A stretch of DNA of 64,000 nt from Cyanophora paradoxa CCMP329. Its lineage: Eukaryota; Plantae; Glaucophyta. Positions 35,159 to 47,100 of the stretch are shown here, piece after piece. The DNA lies in NCBI GenBank assembly GCA_004431415.1, contig QPMI01000408.1, positions 1,163,364-1,227,363 of the forward strand, read 5' to 3'. How positions within the stretch are numbered: the first letter of the stretch is position 1; the number at the start of each line of letters is the position of its first letter. The notes beneath the pieces were generated by a model. It did not search any database, was not told the origin of the DNA, and saw only the letters and a list, made by a program, of their open reading frames with translations. The translations under genes and the position numbers were made by a program.

Positions 35159-38100
35159 ATGGTTGGGACAGTGGCTTCCGGTTACACTGGAAGCTTCGGA
35201 AGTGGCGCAGAGCACCGCGGCCGGCGCCGGGCGGTGCATGCGGCCTACGCCTTCCTGTACAGCACGCTTGCCTGGGGCGCGGAGGACCCGGGACCGCTGG
35301 CGTCGCTTCTCGGCAAGTACGGGCGGTTCATTCGAACGGGACACTTTCTAGTGTTGGTGAGGCTCCGCGCGCCCCACCGCCCGATGTCCGGCCGCGGCCG
35401 CCTTACCTCGACCTTGTCCCTCCGAACGCTGCCGGCCGCGCCGCCTCTTTTCGCTCACCGGGCGCTGTGCGCCGCAGGCCGGCGGCTACGACGCGTGCCA
35501 TGGGAGAGATTCGCCGGTGCCGCCCGAGGGAGTGGCGCTGGAGGCCGGCTGCTCGGGCCGGGACGGCGCGTACCGCTTCATGTCCCTGGGCCGGCCCTTT
35601 GGGCTCGCGGCGCCCCAGGAAACATACGTCTGGCTCATAGTGCGCGAATCCGCCGATCGCCCCGGCGCCTCCGCCCTCCAGAAAGCCGTCCCGAGCCGCG
35701 GCCGCGCCCCGCGCAGGTCGCGCTCCTGCTCTGCCTTCCCGCCCTCGTCGCGGTGCTGGCTGCCATCGAGACCGACGGGCGCTTCGTGACTCGCGTCCGG
35801 CGGATCACCCGCGCGCTCCTCACGGCGCGCCCATGCCGCCCCCGCCCCCCTCCGCCCCGCTCCCAGCTGACCGTCGGGCCCCGCCGGTACAGCTGATGAC
35901 GACCGCGCTTCTCTTCCCGTCCCTTCTGGCGACGCTCCCGGCCCTCTCCTGCCGCCCGGATCGTCCCTCCGCGTACCCCTGCCTCCTCCGGCCCGCCTCG
36001 GCCACCGGCGTGGCGGCCGTGGTCGGTACGTACCCCGTCTCTCTCGGGCCTCTTCCGCGCACCGTCCCGCACCCCTGGAGCGCTTAATCCCCCCCCCTCC
36101 CCCCCCCACCCGCAGCCTCTGCCGGGATCGTCGTCTTCTTTTCGGCGCTCGGGTTCGCCCGCGTCGATCTCCGCTGCGGCGAAAGCGCAGTAGACAGCTC
36201 CGCGGTCCATTCCGGCGTCCCCGGATCCCTGTATCCCGTCGCCGCCGCCGCCCTGGTCGCCGCCCAGCAGTTCCTATCGGCGTACCCCGCTGCGGCCGCC
36301 GCGGTGCAGCTGGTGGTGTCCGTCGGCCTGTTCGCGTACCCCGCCGTTTACTACCTGCCCTACCACCGCCCCTTCTCCAACTTCATGAACTGCGCCCTCT
36401 CCTTCGCCGTACCCTCGTGCGATCCGATCCCGTACCCCCTCCCCTTCTTCCCCCTACTAAGCGTGCCTCAGGCTATACGTCGCATCGATTTCGCTAAGGG
36501 CGAAGTATGGAGAGACGATGGGCGGCGCGGGGGCGGCCGAGGCCGTGGGCGCTCTGGTGGGGGCCGGCCTCGCCGGCGCCGCCGCCGGCGCCATCGCCTG
36601 CTGGTGCGCTTGCTGTACCCCGCAGCGGCTTCCGCCCCGCACCCGGCCCGGTCCGATCCGCCCCAGGGTACGCTACGGAGCCATCGTTCGCACGTACGAC
36701 TCCGCGGTCGCCTCGGGGCCCGACGCCCCTGCGTTCGCGAGGTACCCCCTACCCCCCTCATCTCCCCCCCCCCTTCCATTTTCAATTTTCGCCGCAGGCC
36801 GATCGACGCGATCATTGCGGCGCGCCTTATGGAGAGCCGCGCGCGGGGCCCCCGCCCCGCCGACGGATCCAGCTCGAACAGGTAGCGCCGTACCCCCCGG
36901 AAGGCTTCCCCCCACCTCCCGGCCCTCAACTCAACGCTACCCCTCGCAGCGTGGAGGAGGAGGGGGCGACGCCCCCCTCGGGGGGCCGCATCCGCTCCTG
37001 GCGGGGCGTCTCGATTGTACCCCTCTTCGCGTCCCGCCCGGCCCCCGGCGCGGCCGGCCCCCGGCGAGCCTCCGCCTTTGCGATGGCCACCGACGACCGC
37101 GTTGACGAGGTCTACCAGAGGCGCGTTTTGATTATCTAGCTAACTAACTGACTGACTGACTAACCACCTTTCTTTCCGTCGACTAACCTAATCTCGGCAG
37201 GGCGGTGCGGGGCCTGCCTCACAGCCCGCCGGTGCTGCTGGCGGCGGCGGCGTGGGCGCTCTTCGGGCGGGAGAACGCGCCGCTGGCCCAGCAGTACCTC
37301 AGGCGCCTCGCCGAGACCCCGTGCGCCCCTCCCCCAAAGCTCTCCGGTCATTTCTAGCACCCGGCCCAGAGGAAGGCGCCCGGGCGCTCATGATCAGCGA
37401 TCCGCCCGCCCGGCCCCGCCACGGCTCTTGACGCGGCGCCCCGCGCAGGGAGTGGGTACCCCCCGACGCGGCGTTCCTGGCGTACGCGGTGGACCGGCAG
37501 CGCAAGGAGGAGGCCGCCGCCCGCGGCGAGGAGACCGCCGACCTCCACGTGCGCTCCGGCGAAGGGTCTAGATCATTAGTTCGGAGATCTGTAGCCTGCT
37601 GCGCCCGCCCCTTACATACACGCTAGACTGAAAAGCCTTAGGCCTAAGGCCTGAGGATTTGAACCGAATCTTTAGACTGGAGCCGCATCCTGAAGCTCCA
37701 GCCTAAGATCTAGGGCCCCGATCTGGCCCCCGGCCCGGGCCGCGGGCGTCCTCTAGACTCCTTACATACACGCTTGACTTCAGAGTCTAGCTTAAAATCC
37801 TCCTAAGGTCCTGCGGTCTGAAGAGCGTAGGATCATTTAGAGTTTAGATCCTTGGTTTAGAGGCCTGTAGGCTGCTGACGGCGCTGACGGCGCTGCTGGG
37901 CGCAGGCGATGCTGGCGGCTGCGCGGCTGCACGAGCGGCGGGCGCGCATCCGCATGCGTGCCTTCTGGAACCTCCTCCTCCGCGGTGCCCGCCCGCCCCC
38001 GCCCCCGGATAAAGCTAGATCTAGCTAGCCGGCCCAGCTGCGCCGCCCACGCGCCCAGTCCTGGGCCCGTAAGGCCCTCTAGCTAGGCTCTCTTTGCGCT

Positions 38101-41100
38101 CTCCCCTTCCGAAACCTCCTCCTCCGCGGTGCCCCCGTCCGAGCTGCTGCCCCCACCCCGCCCCGCCCCCAGTCCTGGCCTCCCAAGGCCCTCTAGCGAG
38201 GTTCTCTTAAGCGTGCCGCGCCCCGCTCTCAAGCCCGACGCCCCCGCCCTCCCCCCCCCCCCCCCCCCCCCCCGGTGCCTCCTCAGAGCCTTCGCTTCCT
38301 CCCTAGATACAGGCGGCTGCTGATATCGATGCGGCATCGGACCTGACCGCCGCGCCGCGCCCCGCCTCCCGCCTCGTCCGCAGACGACCTGGAGGTGGAG
38401 AAGCTGCCCGGCGCCGTCGCCATGATCGAGCAGTCCAAGGCAAGCGAGCGAGCGCAGCCTGCGCCAGGGCCCCCGCCACGTTTTCGGGAGCCAGAGCTAG
38501 AATGAGCAACGTTAACCGCCCCGCCCCGATCCGACCGGCGGAGCTAGCCAGGCCAGGCCTGGCCAGGATAGGCCGCTGACGGTCTCGGGCAGGCGGCGGC
38601 GTCGGCGATCTACGCGCGTGTGGAGCGGCGCTTCGCGAGCAGCGCGCACGCCGCCCGCTGCCGCGCCGCCTTCCTCCAGGTGCCTAAACTATTGATCTAG
38701 ACTAGATGTAAACTAGATCTTAACTAGATCTTGGGATCTTAGCCCTTAGGATGTTAAGCTAGCCTGAACTCTCCTCCATCGCCGCCTTCCTCCTCCAGGC
38801 GCCCACCATCGCGCTGCACTTAGGCGTAGGCGAGCGAGAGAACGGGGGGCGCCGCCGCCGCCTCTTGAACGGGAGCTCTCCTTGCTAGCTAGCTAGCTAG
38901 CGCCTCCGCACCGCCGCACCCGCCCGCGCTGCCGCGCCGCCTTCCTCCAGACAGGGCCCCGACCCCGCACCGCCCCGCCCCGATGCCTCCCGCGCGATGT
39001 TCTCTAGCCTCTGAGCCCCGTGCGCCCCGTGCGCCCCGTGCGCCTCCGCACCGCCACACCCGCCCCGCCCGACCCCGCCGCGATGCCCTCCGCCTCTGTC
39101 TGCGGCTCTTCCTCTGAGCTTCCGAGCCTCTGAGCCCGGCGCGCCCGCCCGCGCAGGAGTTCGAGCTGGACCTGGAGGGCGCGGCGGCGCTCCTCGCCAA
39201 GGCCGCCCACCTCGAGGAGCACCAGGTTGGTCGTACCCCCAGGGGGGGGAGAGAGCCAGCCAACCAGCTAGCTAGCTAGCTAGCTTGCTAGATTCCTAGG
39301 AGGCTTCCCCCCCCGCACGCCGCCCGCTCTGAGGGCTTGACGAGGGGGGCCACCCGCGAGGGGGGCCACCCGCGCAAGTCCTTCGCGGAGCGGCCGGGGA
39401 GCCCAACGCGAGGGGGCCACTCGGTGGCGCCCAGCCCGGCGCCCACGCTCGGGCGGCGCAAGTCCAGAGGAACGATCGCCCTCACGAGCGCCGCCCTGGC
39501 CGCCCTCGCGCGCGAGGAGGTCCGCCGTACCCCCCAAACAAAACAAAGCCCCCCCCTCTTCCCGCGTCAAATCTCATGCTTCGTTCGCACACAGCACGAG
39601 GCGCTCTCGACGCCGCGCTCGATAGTGGTGCCCTTCGGGGCGGGCGGGGGCGCGGGCGCGGGTCCGACGCGGGGCCCGCCCGTCCTCTCCCGCCGCAGCT
39701 CCGCGGCCGGCGAGGCCACACTGGAGATGCAGTACCCCCCCGGCGGCTCGCCCCCGCCGGCCGCGGCCGACGTCGACGTGGTCGTCCCGCTCGCGTCGCC
39801 GCGGGCCGCGCACGTGCAACGCGCCGCGGCGCTCCTGGCGCTGCAGGCGGGGCCCGACGGCGCGTCGACCCCGCAGGCGCAGGCCGAGTGGGCCCAGGTC
39901 TGGATCCGCCCCATTCGACCCGCCTTCGAGGCCTAGGTGGCTGCGCCTGACGCCGACGACTCTGCCGCGCCGCGCAGCGCGGGCCGCGGCGCTCGTACCG
40001 CCTGGTGGCCTCCCGGCGCGACTCGGCCATGAGCATACGCTCCATCTCCCACTTGGTGCGCCCGGCCCGCGCCCCCGGCCCGCGCCCCCGGCCCGCGGCC
40101 GGCCGCTCTCGAGCTCCCTTCGTTCTCTTCTCCAAAACCCTAGAGCATAGAACCCGAAAGCTTACTCACTGGACGGCGCGCGCGCCCGCAGCAACAATTC
40201 CGCGCCCTCGTCTCGGGGCACGCCTCGCCCGTCCAGGTGCGGCACCGGCCGCCGCCAAGAGAAAGACTGAGCTGATCGGACGCGCCTCGCCTTTCGCGCT
40301 CGCTCGCTCGCTCGCTCGCTCGCTCGCTCGCCCTCAGAGCCGGGAGGGGAGCCCGGCGCGCTCGGCCGGCGAGGGGGAGGACGGCGAGGCCGGCGACCGC
40401 GAGGAAAAGAAGGGCACCCGCGCCGAGGTGAAGAAGGGCGCCGGCGGCGGCAAAGGGGACGCGAACGAGGGCGACGAGGAGAAGGAGGGGGCGGCGGCGG
40501 GGGCGGCGGCGGCCGCCGCCGCCGCTGTAGCGGACGCGACGACCCTCCAGGCGCGCCATACGCGTGCGAGGCTGCCGCCTTGGGCTCGGTCGCTGATCCT
40601 GGGCGCAGACGGACGACGAGTCGGCGATGGGTGTCCTCATGGCCCGCCGCTTCTACCGCCAGCAGGCGCCCCCCGCCCCGCCCCGCAGTCTCGCCTCTCG
40701 CGCTTGATAGGACCTACACATAGCCCTAGCCCTAGGCCTAAACCTAGCCCTGGCTCCAGCCCCAGCCCCGGCCGTAGCCCTGACGTCCCCGCCCCGCCCC
40801 GCCCCGCCCCGCCCTATAGCTAGCTAGCCCCGGCCGTCGCCCTGACGCCCCGCCCCTCCCCGCGGCTCGCAGCTGACGGCGAAGAGCGGGCGGGTGGCGC
40901 GGCGCCTCGCCCTCTCGACGCGGGCCGCTGTGCTCCTCTGCGCCCTCTTCCTCTCCGCCTTCTACGGCGCCGCCCGCTACCTCGGCAGCGGTGCGTGCGC
41001 GGCGACCTTAGAGCTGGCGGCGGGACATTAGAGCGGGTGAAGATAATAGAACTGGGTCGCGTTGAGAGCAGCGGCGACGGGCCGACGGGCGGGCCGACGG

Positions 41101-44100
41101 GCGGGCCGACGGGCGGGCCGGCGGGCCGGCCACTAGAGCTGGTGTGAAGATTAGAACGGGCGGGGCGGGCGGGCCACTAGAGCGGGCGGGACGTCGACGG
41201 CGATTAGAACGGGGTCGCGTGGCAGCCATTCAGAGGGCAGCGGTAGCGGTCGGCGGCGGCGGCGGCGGCCTCGGCAGCAGTGCGATGAGGCGAGCGGGCG
41301 GGCGGGGGGATGGGTGCCCTCGAGAAGTCGGACGGTTTCCCACAGTTGGAGAGAGGCTTTGGATCGAAGCGGTCCACGGGCACTTGGTCCTTCGGAGCGC
41401 CCCGGCGCCGCCTCACCGGACTCGCTCGCTCGCTCGCGTGCAGACACGAGCTCGTACCTGGAGACCATCGGGGTCGCCGCCGCCATCCCCGAGCAGGCGC
41501 CCCCACCTGCCCTCCCCTCCACCTGACTCAGATCTGATCCTCCTTCCACCCCCCCTCAGGTCTCGCGGGTCGCCCTCTACGCGCGCTCCGTCCTCTTTTC
41601 CGTCCTCCTCCCCACCGTGCGCCCCGCCCCGTCCTCTTCTGAGCCCGCCCGGCCCCGCCACGCCGCGCCCCGCCCTGCCCCGGCCCGCACCGCCCCGACC
41701 TGCAAGCCTTCCTTCTCCGCCTTTCTTCCCTCCTTCGAGGCCCTGGCGGGCCTTTGTTCTTAGCTTGTAATTTGATCCATCCGCGCCGCGCAGCCGTTCT
41801 CGACGCCGGCGCTGCTGGCGGAGTGGCGCCGGGAGACGGACCACCTCTTCCAGGCCCGCTCCATCCTGTGCGCATGCGCCCCGGCGCCTTTCCTCGCTTT
41901 TCTCGCTCGCTTTTTCGCACCTTCCTCTTCGAATTCTCACTTCGGCCGGGGCAGGACGACGCGGTACGCGCGGCTCTCCGTGACCGGCGAGCTCTCCAAA
42001 TGGGCCTCCTCCCTCGTCCGGGTCCGACCCCCCTCGAGCTCGCCAGTCCAGCCGCCCAGCCCTGCAGGCTTGGCTGGCTAGCTACCTCTTACTGGAAGCT
42101 CGCTGGAGCCTCCCTCAGCTAGTGCTAGTCCAGCTAGCAGTCCTAGCCTAGCGGCGCTGTCCTCGCCCCAGCTCTCGCTCGGCCCCGCTCACGGCCGCCC
42201 GCCCGCCCGCCCTCCCTCCCGCCCGCGCAGGTGTCGCTATTCAACGCGGAGGCGGAGCCGGCGCGCTGGTGGGAGGGGCAGCACCCGCAGGACGCCCTCG
42301 CCACCTTCCTCCGCCGCGCCGCCCTCGTGCGACCCCGCCCGCCCCCGCGCCCCCGCCCTGCCTTGGACGCCTGGAGAACGCTCACATAGTAGTTTTATAA
42401 TGTAATTCGCTTAGCTCGGCTTGGCTTGCTCAATAGCTTGCTCCGCCGTGCCGCCCTCGTCCGCCCGCCCCCGCGCCCCCGCCGACGCCTCGAGAACGCT
42501 TGCATAGGACTTGGGGCGGGCCGCCTCGCCCGGCCTTCTCCGCGGCTCTGACCCCGCCCCGCTCGCTTCTTTTGCAGGCGTTGGAGACGGCGGCGGCCTC
42601 GTTCGCGCCGGCGGCGCTGGCCCCCAACTCCCCCGTCCGCGCCGTGCGCCCCCGATCGCGAGATCTAGAGCCTCCCAGCGGGCCCTCCCGGCTTCGCCAA
42701 GGCCGCTCGACATAGATAGAACTCCCACCGTTCGAGCTCCGTCGCCCAACTGATAAGCGCCCCGCCCCTCCGCCTCGGCCCCGCAGGGCCTGGACGCTGC
42801 GGCCTTCGCCAACACGACCGCCTACCGCTTCGTCGTCGACAACGGTGCCCTCTCAGCTCTGCCCAGCATGCTCTCCTTCGCCTGCCCCACAGCTGACGCG
42901 CGCGCCCGGGCGCCTGCGCAGCCGAGCCGCTGCGGCAGGCGGGGGAGCTGCTCGAGACGGCCGTGCGCCCCCGCTTTGATAGATAGCTAGACCTTTTACT
43001 CAAGAGTTCTTCGCATCGTAACTTTAAACTCCAATGAGCCAGACAGTCTTGCGCCCTCTGACTACGCACCCCGCCCCGCCCCCGCCCCCGCCCGCAGGTC
43101 CTCGCGGACACGGAGGCGTACAACGCGCTCGTGCGGGTGGCCATGGGCGCCGTCTTCGGGGCCCTCTTCGGCGCCCTCATCGCGGTCCGCCCCGCCCCGC
43201 CCCGCATACTCTAGGAGAGTTAACATAGCATAACTTAACGTAACCGAGGAAGATTATCGTCTAGAAAGAGATGGCATAGGAAGTATTACGTCTAGGAAGG
43301 TCAACGCCCCGCGCGTCTAGGGAGATATATAGGAAGGGTAACAGGGTATTACCGCGCAGATCTATCTCTCTAGAGAGATCTCTAGAGAGAGATAAATACA
43401 GGAAGGGTATCATAGAGAAGGTTAACATGTATAATAGAGAGCGCCGCTCCCGCTCGCGGTCGCGATGATCGATGCGCGCCGGCCCGCCCCGACGCCCTCC
43501 GATCGCGCGCGCAGGTGGCGCTGGTCTCGTTCGCGCTGGCGACGCGCGCAGTCGCCCGCGAGCGCCGCGGCGCCCTCCTCCTCTTCCACGAGCTGTGCGC
43601 CGCCCCGCCCCGCCCCGCCTAGAGCTCGAAGTCCCAAGCTGAGCGAGAGAGGCGCTGCTACATCGTTCTATGACGCCTCTGACGCCCGCCGCCTCTGACG
43701 GCCCGGGCCCGCCGCCCCCGCGCGCGCAGGCCGCGTGCGACGGTGAAGGAGATCCGCAACGGCATCTCTGCCTCCATCGCCAACGCCGCGCCCCCGGCCA
43801 TGGACGCCCCTTCGGCTTCGGCTTCCGCGGCTGTGGCTTCGGCTTCGGCGGGAGGTGGTGGCGGCGGGGGCGGTGGAGGGGGCGGCCTCCTGCCCGACTC
43901 GGCCTCGGCGTCCGGGGCAGCCCCGCGCGTCCCGCTCGCCCCGCACGTCGCCGTCGCCCTGGGCGGCACCGTTCGACCCGCAGCGGCCGGCGCGACGGTC
44001 CGACCCGACTCCGCCCCGCCCCGCTTCGTCTGTCGCTCACGGCCTGGGGCCCCTGCAGACGCCGCGGGGCGATGGCGGCTCGGAGGCCCCCCAGTCGACC

Positions 44101-47100
44101 ATCCTGACCGTGCGCGCCCCGCCCCCCGTCCCCCGTCCCGACCTAGCGGACCCCATCGCCCTTCCCTAGTCCCGCTGCTTTCTAGATTCAAATCTGCCTC
44201 GACGGCCCCGCTCGCCGGGCCCTCCCCTCGCTCCCGCTCCGATCTGCTCTGCCCTGATCCGATCTGGTCCGCTCCGCCCGGCAGGGGACGCACGTGACGG
44301 GCGCGGCGGCGGAGGAGGCCCTCTCCGCCGAGTTCATCGAGGCCGAGTTCGTCCGCAACGTCCAGTGCGCAGTTTCCGTCCTTCTCTGTTCGGCTCCTGT
44401 TGTGGGTTTCATTTCTTCTAGAGTTCGGCTCATATATATAAGCTCTGCCAGCTCTGTTCGGCTCTTGTATATAAGTAGTTCCTGTTCTTTTCTGTTCGGC
44501 TCTTGCATATAAGTAGGTTTAGATCTAGAGTTCGGCCATCGCATCCGTCGCCTGCCAGCCATCGCCCGCCCTGGTTGGCTGCGCGTGCGCCGCTGAGGGG
44601 CGCCCCGTCCACGCGCGCGCGCGCAGGGCGAAGGGGAAGGCGCGGGCGGCGGGGCGCCTCATCGCCCGCAGCGCGGCGGCCCTCGCCGTCGCCCTGCTCT
44701 TCCCCGTCGGCATGCTCATCTGCATCCAGCTCCTCTTCAAGGTGCATGTGGTTGCGATTCGGCTCTCGGCATAGCTGCCGCCCCGGCCCAGCTCGGGCCC
44801 CGTCTCTAATCTAGAGCCGCCCCCTCTTCTTCGCCGCGGCCTCTGGAGCGCTGCTGCGTTCGCCCCCGGCTCCGTTCTGGCGTCTGACTTTCGGCGCGCG
44901 GCGGCTGCAGGGGAACCACGACGTGCTCGCGCCGGCGTCGAACGCGGCGCACCTCCGCGCCGCCGTCCCCGACGTGCGCCGCCCCGCGAGCCGAGCCGCA
45001 CTGGCGCCTTCAGAGGCATTAGCTCTCCCCTCCAGAGCGACCATGCTCCCGCAGCTGTCGCCCCCTGCCCATGACGCACCGGGCCGTGCCGGGGCGGCGC
45101 AGGTGGGCTTGTGGGCCCAGGAGCTGGTGGCGGCGCGCCTGGCCCCGCAGCTCGCGCTCCTGCCGCCTGAGAACGCGGCGGCGGCGCTGCGGGCGGCCAT
45201 AGGACGCCTCCAGGCCGCCCTCGCCGAGCTTGGAAACACAGACGAGGTCCTTTCTTATTATTGAGTTTACAAACGGGTCGATTTAATTTCTCCGTCAAGG
45301 TTCTTAAGGACTCTAGCTTCGCCGGCGCTCGGCTTCTAGCCTAGTTATTCTTAATATTTTTTGTTTCCTAGCTTTGCTCTAGCTTGTGCTCTGCTCTGCT
45401 CTGCCTGGCCGCCGGCCTGCTCCGGCTCCGCCGGCTGCTCACCTCCTCCTCCTTCTCGCTCGCGCAGGGCTCGATGGGGGACGCGGGGGACACGTGCGGG
45501 GACGCCCGCGCGCTGCTCGGTGACGACGGCGCCACCCGCGCCCTCGCCCCGCCCGGCGGGGGCGGAGGCGAGGGGGGCCCCTCGGGCGGCGGCGCCGCCG
45601 CTGCCGCCGCGTGCCTCTCCCTCCGCCAGCACGTGATCGAGGTCCGCCCCTCCCCGCCCGCTCGCTGCAAACTCGAGAGCTTAGGCCGCCGCGCGCTCGC
45701 TTTGAACGCAACTCTCGCGCGCGCCGACTCGCGCCGGGGTCGCATCGCATCGCAGGCGCTGGAGGCGGGGCGCATGGTGGCAGCGGCGCGGGCGGCCTCC
45801 TCCACCTTCCAGAACGGGTACCTCCGCTTTCTCCTCGAATCCGCCACCCACGTGCGCCCGCCCGCCCGCCTCCCCGCCCGCCCGCTGCGGGCCGGGGCCG
45901 CCGGGCCCTTCTTCGCGTCGCCTTTGCGAGCTTCTAAGCTTCTGCGCACTGACGGCCGCGGGCGCGGGCGGGCAGCAGGACTCGACGGCGTCGCGGACGA
46001 TCGACGCGCACTTCGACACCGTCGTCCACGACTCCCTCGCCAAGGTGCCTGCCCCGGACCGGACGGCAGGGGCTCGGCCCGCCGGGGCCTGCCAGGGCGC
46101 TAGCGTGCCAGCTGTACAGTCGGAGTCCGGGGCCCGATCTATCGAGCGCTAGCGATCTATCGACTCGCTCGCCAACGTGCGCCGGGCTCAAGAGATCACA
46201 TTAGATCCGGAGATGCGCCCGCCGGCCTCCGGTGGGCGGGCGGCGTCAGAGCGCCCCCGCCGCCTCCTTGGGGCCCGCCAGAGCCGTCGCTTCTGCTCGA
46301 GCTTCTGCTGGCGTCGACGGGCCGGGGCGCGCGCGCAGGTCGGGCAGGTGCTGAAGGCGATGGACGCAATCTACGGCGTCGGCGTCGTCGTCCTCCTCGC
46401 AATCTGGCGCGCCCGTCTTTCAAGGGACATATGGTTTCTCGTTCTTCTGACCGCGATCTCCCGCCCGGCAGGCTCTTCGTCCTGCGGCCCTCGGTCAAGG
46501 GCATCGCCTGGTCCGCCCCCCACCCCCACCCACCCTCCCCCCTCCCCCCCCCCCCCCCATGCCCTCCTCGGGACCCGATAAAGGAAAAAGGTAGAGCCGC
46601 ACAAGACAAGTGGAGCCCCCTCTAAAGCTCGGCATTCTAAGACGTCGAAACCCAGCGCTCGCCTCTGACGCCTGCTGGGGCCCCCGCCCCCGCCCCCGCC
46701 TCCTGACGTCGTTAAGAAGATATAGCCACTGTGTAAAACGCCGAAGGCTCGCCGCTGGCGCCGCTGACGCGCCGGCAGGGAGCACGAGACGACGCTCTCG
46801 ATGCTGCTGATGATCCCGCCGGCCGTCATCGACCGCATCCCCGCCGTCCGCGACTACATGGGTCAGCTTGTCCCGCCCCGGCCGGCCCGCCCCGGCCCGC
46901 CCCGGCCCGCCCGGCCCGCCCCGGCACGACACGGCCGGCCGGCTTCGCTGACGCCGCTCGGGTCGGGCGGGCAGCGGCGGCGGAGGTGCACACGACGAGC
47001 AGCGTGCTCGCCGACACGCGCGCCAAGGTCCGCCCAACCCCCGCCCCCCCCCCCCCCCCCGCCTCTTGTCCATCCTTCCGACCGGGGCTCCCCCGGGGCA

